Shown here: positions 12,602 to 24,559 of the stretch, piece after piece
Layout: every line of letters begins with the position of its first letter
Numbering within the stretch: position 1 is the stretch's first letter
Origin: Octopus vulgaris
Lineage: Eukaryota
Reading direction: 5' to 3'
NCBI GenBank assembly: GCA_951406725.2
Contig: OX597816.1
Coordinates: forward strand, 55,986,001 to 56,050,000
DNA: 64,000 nucleotides
The notes under the pieces: generated by a model
What the model saw: only the letters and a program-made list of their open reading frames with translations
Told to the model about the DNA's origin: nothing
The model's database searches: none
Position numbers and translations under genes: made by a program

Positions 12602-13059
12602 AGGATAAGCATTTTAAAAGCCGTCCGTGGGAAAACTCATTTAAATAAAAGTATTTGGGGCCCACTGTTGGGAACCACTATGAGAAGCTTAGGAACCACT
12701 ATTGTAAACAGATTTGCGAAATGGTTACACCCCTCTTTCTTTCAAATGTTCCATGGGTTTCTTTTACATGTTTTTCGTGTGCTGTAAATATATTCCCTAT
12801 AGATTAGGTATTTACATTGTCATCTCATTTCCCCTCGACTTGCTACCACACCGACTCACCTATTTCTCACGTACGCTATCATTCACTTAGTCAAATCTCT
12901 ACTTCTGTAATATCTAACATAGCAACACATCTCATCTCGTTTCAATGTTTTAACGAATATTAAACAACATAGCATTAATAAATTGTAATATCTCACAGGT
13001 GGAAGCTTGCTAGCATTATATCCCCATGAAATAAAGCTTTGTCTTTTATCTGTTGCCTA

Positions 13060-13440
13060 TTCCTTGTTTCTGCAGCTATTAGACTTCGGCCATGCTGGGG
13101 CACCACCATGCAGAGGTTTTAGCCGAATCAAGCTTGTTTCTAAGCCTGGCACTTATGCTATCAATCTTTTGTCGCAGCATTAAGTTACGGCGACGTAAAC
13201 ACAACGACACTGGTTGTCAAACGGTAATGGGGAACATCAGAGATGCAAACACACACATACACACACACTCATACACACGCACACACACACACATACACAT
13301 GCACGACTAGCCTGTTTCAGTTTCTGTCTACCAAATCTACTAAAAGGGATTTAGGCTGCTCCAGACTGTAATATAAGGTACTTACCTAAGGTGTATCTTA
13401 GTGGGAGTGAACCTGGAATCTTGTAGTTGGAAGCAAGCTT
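13060..13440 (-). mobile_element. SINE family A, degenerate, reverse orientation
   Basis: CGGCCATGCTGGGGCACC...(CA)n...GTTTCAGTTTCTGTCTACCAAATC aligns to the reverse complement of 62854-63317. Confidence 0.75.
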
Positions 13441-13444
13441 CTTA

Positions 13445-13862
13445 TTTTATTTCTTTTGTTTTTATTGCCCACAAGGGGCTAAACACAGAGGGGACAGAAA
13501 AACAGATTAAGTCGATTACATCGACCCCAGTGCGTAACTGGTACTTAATTTATCGACCCCGAAAGGATGAAAGGCAAAGTCGACCTCGACGGAATTTGAA
13601 CTCAGAACGTAACGGCATACGAAATACCTATTTTTTTACTACCCACAAGGATCTAAACACAGAATGGACAAACAAGGACAGACAAACGGATTAAGTCGAT
13701 TACATCGACCCCAGTGCGTAACTGGTACTTAATTTATCGACCACGAAAGGATGAAAGGCAAAGTCGACCTCGGCGGAATTTGAACTCAGAACGTAACGGC
13801 AGACGAAATACCGCTAAGCATTTCGCCCGGCGTGATAATATTTCTGGCAGCTCGCCGCCTCT
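13445..13862 (-). mobile_element. SINE family B, head plus tandemly repeated body
   Basis: The body unit is seen twice (about 13460-13630 and 13630-13810), with the head ending at 13862. Confidence 0.88.
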
Positions 13863-15117
13863 TACCAGATAGCCAAACCAGAGTAAAATGTAGTTCAACG
13901 TGTTCTTTTATAAATGTTCAACAAATCTCAGAAATGCGATATTGCTATTGTAATGCTGGTAATTGCAGAACCTTCCTCTTCGATGGCTTCAATCATCAAA
14001 ATCTTGGTTATTGATAAATTCTAATTCATTAATGTTTATCCTATGCGCAATCAGTAACTTCCAAAGTCATGTTAATGTCAAAAACCTACGATGATATCAT
14101 ACAAGTCTAATGTATATATTTATATTCTTGTTAAAAAGAAAGAGAAAGAGATCTCCATTTACTAATAAGACGAGTTCTGAGAGGGAGTTGTTCTTTCTAA
14201 TGTTTATTGGGTTGATATTCTGTAACAAGAATTCATTTTGAAATTAGAATGATTTCTTCTTAAATTCAGACAATAGATGAAATAATTTTATATTTCAATG
14301 TTTTATTGAAGTCTGGTGATAATTGTTAATTTTAAATTAACCTTGTTCTATTTTGAAAACAACACTTAAATATAAAACTTTAACATTATTATAAACTTAA
14401 TTTCGTCAGTATCTTACAATTGCGCCAGTTTATTTATTTACAGGACAGGAGAATCTAGGAGAAATACTACGTAAATAAGAATGGACTAATTGCCACTAGA
14501 ATCAATGACTTGGCATAAGGCTTTTCATAAATATTGTCTTGTAATAATTCTTCAAGTTAAAACAAAATACAGCTTTATATATTTGTATTCATAACAGAGA
14601 TGATGAGGAACTGTATTTAATTCTGCTAATCTACCGCTTTCGTAAACTTCTGCCATGCTATACATATGGATATAGGGAGTGTGAATATTTTCTATACACC
14701 AATATATTTCACAGACAGAACAAACAATATTCCTAGTGTGAAAATTCACCAGTAATATTCTGAGGGTATACTTCGAACGTTGGTATTCAGCCTTAAGAGT
14801 AGGAGATAGATTAAGGGTTTCAACGTTTGTCATGTTTAAAGGCTTCGGGACTTCGTTAACGAAATCTAATTCCTTCGATGAATTCTACAAGAGACCTCTT
14901 CAATCATTGATGTTTATTCTGTGAAAAGTAAGAATATCTTTGGATTTCATGTTTCTATAGATATCAATACAAACACGGAAATACATTTCTAAACAGAACC
15001 ATATGTTTGGAGGGATGTGAATAAAATATATCTGTATGTATATATGTAGGTATGTAAGTCTTGCTGCATGTGCGTTAGTTCGTGTGTAAGCATATGTTCT
15101 GTTATATACCATATACG

Positions 15118-15154
<37 letters not shown>

Positions 15155-15562
15155 ATATAAGAGTGTGTTTGTGTGTGCGGGGTGTACGTACGTATGTATG
15201 TATGTATGTATGTATGTATGTATGTATGTATGTATGTACGTATGTATGTATATGTATATATATGTATATATATATATATATATACACACACACAGAGAGG
15301 AATCAATAGATTCCTAAGTGATAAAGTAGCGCAAGCTCATTGGAAATCGAACAGCATCTAACAGCAATTAAGGCATGTGAACTTGTAGGAGGCGCTGTGA
15401 ATAGTCATCTGTATGTAATTCTTTATCTCTTTGCTATAGATTCATAACAAAGTAATAGAAATATGCATATACATGTGTATATATAATATATACAAAACAC
15501 TCAAATACAAATACACACATATACATATCATACATATATATACGTGTGAGTGCGTGTGTGTG

Positions 15563-15605
<43 letters not shown>

Positions 15606-15688
15606 ATATTAAGGAGTAAATCCAAACTTACAGGGAAAAATTAGATTTAGGATTAAATCTAATTTTACAGTATAAATATATTTCAATT

Positions 15689-16113
15689 TAGAGATAAAAC
15701 CACTATTAGGCAAATCAGTGAAAAACATAAACCAAAACATAGAAATAAAATTTGGTTTTGCTTTTTATCTTATACTAAACTTTTTAATACCTTTTGATAG
15801 TTATATATATTATAAAAAAATTTTTTTTTAATTTAAAAAATTTTTTAAATTAAAAAATTAAAAATAAAATAAAATTAAAATTAAAATAATAATAAAAATA
15901 AAAATAATAATAATATATATATATAATTTATAAGTATAAATTAATAATTACAAAATATTTAAATTTTTAAAAAATTTTAACTTTAAATTTAAATAATTTA
16001 AATTTTAAATTTTATATTCTATATATTTTGTATATTATATTAATTAATTTTATTTCTATGTTTTGGTTTATGTTTTTCAGTGTTTCATTTGCCTAATAGT
16101 GGTTTTATCTCTA
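15689..16113. repeat. Fold-back element: about 65-bp inverted arms around an almost pure A/T spacer
   Basis: TAGAGATAAAACCACTATTAGGCAAAT...AAAAACATAAACCAAAACATAGAAATAAAATT (15689-15752) is the reverse complement of 16046-16113. Confidence 0.85.
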
Positions 16114-16118
16114 ATTTA

Positions 16119-16211
<93 letters not shown>

Positions 16212-16477
16212 GTTGAAATTTATAGAAAATCAAAAGACGAAGACAGGTGTATTAGTTTGACGCTCGAGAAAATGAACAAATCTTTTACATTTCGGGCCTA
16301 CGTTCTTCAATTCTATATTCTCACACCGATTCTCTGATAGGTAAGAGCGCCGTTCTATCCATAATAATATTTTCGACAACTTCCTCAGTTTTCTGAATTT
16401 AAAAGTTATCGCATTCAATTGATTGTGTTTTGCGAAACAATTATTGCTGTTTTATTTCATTTCCTTTCGGTGACATT

Positions 16478-16850
16478 TTTATGAACGTATAAAAGTCGTG
16501 CAACCGCCACCACATTTGATATCCATCTGTAAGTAGATCTTTTACAATCAGGTAACTGATATTTATCATCACTTGACTATTGACTTTTATTCCGTTCGGG
16601 TGGATAATGTTTATCACATGCAATACAATGTTCAGGTCCCTACAAAATGCGCAATCTCGTATATTTATGAACGTATAAAAGTCGTGTAACCGCCACCACA
16701 TTTGATATCCATCTGTAAGTAGATCTTTTACAATCAGGTAACTGATATTTATCATCACTTGACTATTGGCTTGCATTCCGTTCGGGTGGATAATGTTTAT
16801 CACATACAATACAAGTTCAGGTCCCTACAAAATGCGCAATCTTGTATATT
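16478..16850. repeat. Direct tandem duplication, 186-bp unit x2
   Basis: ATGAACGTATAAAAGTCGTG starts at both 16481 and 16667; few mismatches. Confidence 0.92.
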
Positions 16851-17407
16851 GAAAAAGTCCGTGTGCTTGTCTTTGGTCACTTTAGCCCTCAAGATCTTAC
16901 ATTCTCTACGCTTTAATCCCTCATGTTATACAGAGTCTGTATGATCCTCATCGAAATTCTGATCTTTCTGTTTGTGCCAAATTGATTGCCTATCTCCAGT
17001 TCATGTTGAAATATGTCAATTCACGCGGGAAATTCCCGCCACGCCCATCCCTCGCAAACCCCAGCATATTAACTGAAAGTAACTGAGTTGTAGTACCTAC
17101 ACCTTCCCCCTTGGCTTACTCTCTAAACAAAATTTCAAGAAGTTGGCCGAACAAATATTTTATTTTCTGTCTCCATTCTTCTAGTTCTACTACAGAATCC
17201 TTTTCATCATCGCCATCAAACTGTTGTCGATGCCTAACCGTGTCATACAAATGAAGGTGCTAGATCGATCCTCACCGTTAATTGTAATAATACTTGTCAG
17301 TGATTCGTTTTCCAATATTCCATTTCAAAGAAAAAAACAATGTTGTTTATTTTCCATCTTCATTTTTTTTTTCCTATTGCAGCTAATTCCACTGGTTTAA
17401 TCTTAGT

Positions 17408-17708
17408 TCTATAATCTTTAGAAATGATACTCTTTGATGTATACATCCACGTATTTTCTACCAGTAAAATTAATAGAGATATTCAGAGATATTGCATTAA
17501 TTTAAACATGTGTTAATTACAGGATATAAGCTGCATGATGTCGACCAATGTTGTTGTCTATAATCTTTAGAAATGATACTCTTTGATGTATACATCCACG
17601 TATTTTCTACCAGTAAAATTAATAGAGATATTCAGAGATATTGCATTAATTTAAACATGTGTTAATTACAGGATATAAGCTGCATGATGTCGACCGATGT
17701 TGTTGTCT
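17408..17708. repeat. Direct tandem duplication, 149-bp unit x2
   Basis: TCTATAATCTTTAGAAATGATACTC starts at both 17408 and 17557; near-identical. Confidence 0.93.
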
Positions 17709-18629
17709 GCCGTTTTAATTAATTATATTTCTCTAATCTTACTTTTCAAAATACTTACTAGACATATTTTCTTTTCAATTTCTCTCCCTTAAAAAAGTTT
17801 AACGTAATGAACTTTATAATTAATGAAGAGATAAGTGTAAGTTATTCTGAGACGGATCACAATTATAAACTGTTGTTAAATGGAAACTAAGGTCGTGTTT
17901 CAATTTTTACTTTCGTCAAATAATATGGCTGCTGTAGTTATTGTTGTTGTTAGTCTAAGTCAGCCCCAATATCCGACCATGACCATCACAACTTTTTCAG
18001 ACCATATCATTCAATGTGTCGCTGTTAGTGAGGAAAGGAAGTAATTGAATTTCGATTTCCCTATTTCTATCAAGTCATCTGAGCAAATCGAGTCTTCCTT
18101 GTTTTTGTGCTTTTCTAACGTCTTCGAAACGTCCTTGGAACGAACCACAGATGCTAAAGTTTACCAATTCCTCATTTCTTTGAAACTCAAAGAATGTTGA
18201 GTCTCTGTTATTCTTCGTCTTCTTTATATTCTTCCTTTTCGACTTTTGTTATTACGTTCAGTTGCAGTTTACGATCTCGCGCGCTCCCGCGTGTGCGTAT
18301 GTGTGTGTATGAGTGTATGTGTCTTTCCCTTACCTAATGTACAATGTAGTGCTTTTGTTATGTTGTGAGTATTTCGTATTTTGGTCGCGGAAATGTGATC
18401 GTGTAAGAAAATTTCAAGAAGTTGTATATCTTATATGTTTAACGTTTACTGCGGTCAGTCGCTGGAAGTAGGCTTTCCTTCAGTAATTATAACTTTTGCT
18501 TTGTTTTTACAAAAAAATCTATATATTTCGTTTTGCTTGAGTAAATTCTATCACGCAGAGAGATTAAAAATGACATTACAACGAATATTAAGCATAATAA
18601 TGATTTCAGGATTGGTACAAGTCCAGTAA

Positions 18630-19320
18630 TTTCATGGGAGACGATAAGTCGATCGCATCGACCCCATTGCTCAAGTGGTACTTATTTTATCAAAATCAAA
18701 GGGTTAGGAAGCAAAATCAACCCCGGCGGCATTAAGACGTAGAGGCACACGAAAAATCGCTTAGTATTTTGTCCGATCCGGTAAGGATTTCGCCAGCTAG
18801 CTGTCTTAAAATCAAATACAATAATAGAAGAAAATTCTTTCAAGTTTGGTTCACGACCATTCTATCACGAGTGGGGCAGGTCGTTTAATTTGAAACCTAC
18901 GTACTTGACTGGTACTATTTTATCGACCCTGAAACTCTGAAAGTCAGCCAAAGTGGCATATGAACTCAAAGAAAGGAGCAGACATAAATGCCGCTAAGCA
19001 TTTCGCCCGACAGGCTAACGATTCAGCCGACTTGCCACCTTAATAATGGTTTCAAATTTGGCTCAACGCCAACAATTTTAGGGGAGGATATTAGTCAATT
19101 ACAACGATTCCATCGACTGATTCTTATCTTATCGACCCCGAATGGATGAAAGATAAAATCGACCTCGGTGGATTTTGAACTCAGAAAACGGACGAAATGC
19201 TGCTACGCATTATCTGACATTCTAGCGATTCTATCAGATCGCCACCTTTAATAAAAACTCCTCTTGTTTTGGCACAAGGCCTGACATTTTGAGGGTTGGG
19301 ACTGGTCGTTTACGTCACTC
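18630..19320 (-). mobile_element. Cluster of old degenerate SINE family B copies
   Basis: Repeated ...GGTACT(T)ATTTTATCGACCC... and GAACTCA...GCTAAGCATTTCGCCCG segments. Confidence 0.7.
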
Positions 19321-19599
19321 ACTTTTTCTTGGTTTCGTACCAAGTCTTAACAGTTGTTCCGTAGTAATCGGCTCTAAATTGGTTATTATTACAACAGGTG
19401 CTTCAGTTAAGCCTTTATTTTGGCGCCATTAATGGCATACTAGATGTTTCGGTGTCAACTGCTAGAAACAGTGCTAGGCAGGCCTTGAAGCCTTCGGGGA
19501 GTCATTGACGCTCACTGAATAACATCGCCTCGCGTCAGCTCTGCTTCAACCCTCCGATGTTACTACGATGCATAACTGTCTAACTGCAACGGGTCTATA

Positions 19600-19900
19600 T
19601 CATTTTCAGTTTTCAATACTCTTTGCTGTTACTCTTGCGTTTCTCTGCTCTTTTTAACATCATTCCAAAACATATAAAAGAGGAAAAATATTTCATAACC
19701 TTCAAACAGTTCCTGGATGAATATCTCCAACAAATTCCAAATAAACCACCTACACCCGTATATATTCCTGCTAAACAACAACTGTTAATCGAAAGAGCAA
19801 TGTTGCCTAAAAATCACTAAACAAAAATACGTTACTAAATGTCTTTTCCAGGTGATGCTATTAAGTTAGCTATAGCCTGGGCCAATGTCGCCGAAACCTG
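19600..19900 (+). mobile_element. CR1-like LINE 3' fragment
   Basis: ALFNIIPKHIK...FKQFLDEYLQQIPNKP resembles the C-terminus of the LINE at 24560-26500 (QLFKILPDNLR...KERLDRFFSEDPDEP). Confidence 0.65.
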
Positions 19901-20899
19901 TCTAAGTATCTAAGTATATACAAGGGCAAATGTGTAAGGTCGCGGTTGTATCTATCAACCTCAGTGAGTCCTTTTGGCTGAGCACTTGTTCTTTAAAATA
20001 CATCAGTCGGTACCACAGATTGGACTTTCTTTTCATTGAGAGAATTTCTTCTAAAACACGATGTAGTAATTGTTCTAAAACCAACGCTTTCCTTTCGAAA
20101 ACACAAATATATTATTTTTCGCTTCTCCAAATTCAATTAGATACCTGGCCTAACACACTGATTTTCTAAATTTCTCACAGATAATTTTTTATAGGAACCG
20201 TGTAAAATGTACACAAACTGTTTCTATTTCAACAGAAGCAAAACTAACTTTAACATTAACACTATATTAACGATTTGAAATGCTTTTCTATAAGAAAGTG
20301 TTGTTGTTGCTGCTATTGCTATCTTCAAAATTATCAGGTAGACTGTTCGAATTTTGTTTATATTAGTTGTTCATTAAAATTCCCACGAGTTACAGTTTGT
20401 CTATTCTGTGACATATTTTTGTGCCAACTTCGTCTTCTTTGCAGTTTTAATATATTGTTTTATATGGTGGACGTTTACGTCAAGCAGTTTCATTGTAATA
20501 TATTATCACATGTCTATGTATACATAACGATTTCTTTAAACAACATCTTTCTGACTAACAAATAACAAGAAATAATAACTTCAACAACAACGAACTTCTC
20601 AATAGAATTCACAGGTCACAAAAACAACAATGAAAGCATTTGAACATTTTTACTCACGCAACAACTGCGCCTCAGTTTATTTTGCAATTCATTGAATAAA
20701 ACAAATGCACACATATAAAAGACTGCATCGATAGGAGCATATATACATAATATAATCATAAAAATACACATTCACAAGCACAAACGGATATTCTCACACA
20801 CATACATACAATTTATCTTTAAACTTTTACTTGATTTAGTCACTATAGTGCGCTCATGCTGGGGCAACACCTTGAAGAGTGTCTTTCGTTTCCAGCAAC

Positions 20900-21940
20900 G
20901 ATAAAACGGCTCCATCGAAAACAATGTCACATTTCAAACCTGAGAGAAGTCTGTTATAATTTTACTGTTCTGCTAACCGTTTGTATTTGTGATGTGCGAA
21001 TCGGTTGATTACTTTTTCTGAATATCTAAGCTTATCCAGACAGGTTTTGTAAGCATTTACTTACAAAAAACGTGCTTGAATTATTATTTGTATAAATGTA
21101 AACATGTAATCGGGATACAGAAGCAGGAGGTTTCGAAGCAGTTATCTATAGTTATGTTCTTTCTCTTTGATTTTCAAACAGGTATTCACATAGGCGCGAC
21201 GGCTGACCTATATGATGGTACATACTTTATCTCGTCTGTCCCAAACAACAATATCTGGCTTGTTATGCTAACTCTTGACAGATGTTTCAATGCAAATATT
21301 GCACAAGTGTTTCTGTGCTGATATTTCTGTACGTATTCAATAATAGGGAAATTCTCCATACTTATTCCGAGACAGTCTTCTTTCCGAATGGCATTGTAAA
21401 TTGCTTTTGCAACAGTGGCATTTCATATAGGGAGGAAGTACCGTGGTGACACTTTTGGGCAGCTGCTAGTCATATGTGTGATGTCTTCAACAGAAAGATG
21501 ACTTGATCTATATTTGCGGTTGCATCTTAGAGCTACAACAGCTTCACTGTCTCTTTTCTTGATTTAGTATTTACTTGCAATCTCCTTTTTATGGATTGTA
21601 AACGCATAACTTTTGAAGTGAGGTGTGTTGTAGCGGTCACCTGTCCAAAAGAGGCTTCCCTTCATGTGAATGTTACTATTTTCTTGAAGTTTACGAGAAA
21701 AATACCCGTGCATGATGGTTTTTGGCATGCTGACCGTTCCCATCCAGGTCCTTGAGGTACGCTTGTCCGTTTCATTTGGGGTTGTACGGGATGTCATCAG
21801 GAAGAGAGTACTTCCTGAGGAGCACACTTCCAACACGTACGATATTGTTTTCTTATTTTTGCTGCTGTTGTGTGGCAATTGCTGTTTGAGAGAATTTATG
21901 CGACGTTCTTGTGAGAGAGGTTTAGCTCTTTCAATCTTTT
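20900..21940 (-). mobile_element. Degenerate RLE-type (R4/NeSL-like) LINE 3' fragment
   Basis: Minus strand gives EDITHMTSSCPK (decayed CCHC) and HNKPDIVVWDRRDKVCTII*VS (PD..D/ExK-type endonuclease), with stops. Confidence 0.75.
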
Positions 21941-21959
21941 AACTCTTTTAACTCATTCG

Positions 21960-22200
21960 CTGATACGTTGCGTTGAGACGTATTGTCTATTGTGCATTGT
22001 GTAGCTTCGTTCGATTGCTTCGAGTTCTACAATTAATTTTATATTGTGTGGTAACCTTAGTTGGGAGCAGTTGTCCAAGCGGGTGAAGACGTATGCCCTC
22101 CACAGGACCATCATTGTTTCCTTTTCTCTTGTTTCAAAAATTCGGAGGTTCCATCCAGCTAGCTGTCTGCATTTTATTACCACCTGGAAAGACGAATCAT
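21960..22200 (-). mobile_element. CR1-like LINE RT thumb-region fragment
   Basis: CRQLAGWNLRIFETREKETMMVLWRAYVFTRLDNCSQL...ELEAIERSYT. Confidence 0.75.
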
Positions 22201-22210
22201 TATTCATTTA

Positions 22211-22262
<52 letters not shown>

Positions 22263-22393
22263 CAACAAGGATATCCAAGGTAGTGTAGTACAAGGTACTA
22301 CCTTGGATAACCTTGTTGCTTATTTTGATTATAATAACCCCATTTGATTTATATGGATAATACCATACAAAATTGTGGTGCCTTTAACGTAAG

Positions 22394-22485
<92 letters not shown>

Positions 22486-22489
<4 letters not shown>

Positions 22490-22680
22490 GAACTTACAAA
22501 AAAAATACAAAAGACGATGACGCGTGTGTAAACAACAAACAGATGTATTAGTTTAACGCTCGGGAAGTGAGAAAGTCTTTTACGTTTCGAGCCTACGCTC
22601 TTCAACAGAAAGGAACACAGAAATAAACAGGAAGAGAAAATAAAAAAGGGTTTAGTTGCAAGCGATCTATCATGCGATCT
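22486..22680 (-). mobile_element. Short TA-flanked repeat with a hammerhead-like motif (same family as 6998-7155)
   Basis: Reverse complement of 22576-22613 is CCTTT-CTGTTGA-A-GAGC-GTAG-GCTC-GAAACGTA-AAAGA. Confidence 0.65.
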
Positions 22681-23171
22681 ATATGCATACATACATACAT
22701 ACATACATACATACATACATACATACATACATAACTGAAGAAATTGTAGTCAACATTTATTCTTTAATTATTACAATGGTTTCGACGCAACGCAGTTCTC
22801 CAGGCGTGCAGGAACTCGATTATGCAACTGTTTCCCTTTATTATGAGATCTAATTGTGTTTTCTCAGGTGATATGTGAATATTGTCTCTGTAACTTGAAG
22901 ATCCTCGGCTTCAAGAACATCTTGTCTGCCTGCCTGTCGTGGCCTGGATTCTAAACATAGAGACAATATTTATATCACCCACATATCACCTGAGGAATTT
23001 TTCAGTTACCTATTCACACATGACATATGCCCAAACGCAAACTGGAAGTACCTGGATAGCACAGGGTAAATCTGAAGGTGGACGAGCTTTATACTGACGA
23101 GTTTTATACCGTATATATATATATATATAATGATAAATATCAGAGTGAGTTATCAACAGTAGCAGAAACAC

Positions 23172-23512
23172 ATCGTGATGTAAATATGCCATTTGAATAT
23201 GGCTAACTCCTAAGGGTGGATGCTACTGTAGTTTTTAGCCCCAGGAAGACATCTCCTCCAGCTGGCTATAGGCACAATTTCCGTGACCTATCAGTATTTG
23301 CAAAGGGAAGCCATTGATAGGTCAATACCTTGAAACTCGGGTCCGTGTGTATCATAAGTTGAAGACGGGAAGGGTGGCTTCCCTTTGCAAATACTGATAG
23401 GGCACAGAAAGTGTGCCTATAGCCAGCTGGAGGAGATGTCTTCCTGGGGCTAAAAACTACAGTAGCATCCACGCTTAGGGGTTAGCCATATTCAAATGGC
23501 ATATTTACATCA

Positions 23513-23516
<4 letters not shown>
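23172..23516. mobile_element. MITE/fold-back element with 142-bp inverted arms and a 61-bp spacer (second copy 27519-27854)
   Basis: 23172-23313 (ATCGTGATGTAAATATGCCATTTGAATATGGCTAA...AAGGGAAGCCA) is the reverse complement of 23375-23516 with few mismatches. Confidence 0.9.
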
Positions 23517-23568
<52 letters not shown>

Positions 23569-23934
23569 GATATGAGCCGTTTTTCGTCAAGGTGACTACA
23601 ACCAATAAGTATACTACCTTGGATAGTATACCTATTGATTGAGTCCTCAAATTGGTATGCCACTAAAATTCCGATTTGAACTGCAGTTGAAGATGTGATT
23701 TTGTGACTGCCTTTCTAAAGGCCTAGAATCGGCTTCAACTTGAACCGCGAGTTATAAATTAATGCAGAGAAGAAAAGGCAAACTATTTGGCAAGACTTGA
23801 CATGGATAACTTTTTATTATATATGTAAATGAAATGTCCTTGTCGAGTCTTGCCAAACTGTTTCATTTTTCTTTGTTGGTTATATACATACATATGTATA
23901 TATATGTATATATATATATGTGTGTGTGTGTGTA

Positions 23935-23976
<42 letters not shown>

Positions 23977-24180
23977 TTATAAGTGGATAGGGTTGAAATT
24001 CACCACCATGATAATATATATCCAATATACTAATAGGTACCCAACAAGATTAATACATGATGTTATCTATTAATGTATATCTCTTTTTGTATATATATAT
24101 GTAATGGTGTATTAAAGTATTAATTGGTATCATCGATAGTTGATGTTTTATTGATTTAAGTATGTTTCTCCATTCTCTTT

Positions 24181-24249
<69 letters not shown>

Positions 24250-24559
24250 TAGTATGTATGTATGTATGTATGTATTAGATAATAAATCTTATGTTTTATA
24301 TGACTCACACCAGGTAGCTTACCGGCAAAACATGTACACTTTGACACCAAGTGGCCTATTTAATTCGCTATCTGAGTGTATGTGCACCAGACCAGACGTG
24401 TGCGTCTGTTTACATTTTCGTGGATATTCGTATGACCGAGTGTACATGCGTGATAAAAACTACAGGAGGGCGTTTATACATCCATATCATTCTTTTATCG
24501 TTTACTAGTTTCAGCCCAGGACTGACGACATGCAGATGCATCACCTGTAGTTACTCGGT

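Noticed and set aside
14441-14475. Acceptor-like TTTATTTATTTACAG as a second exon
   Set aside because: The phase-2 translation (TGESRRNT) has no resemblance to the esterase C-terminus.
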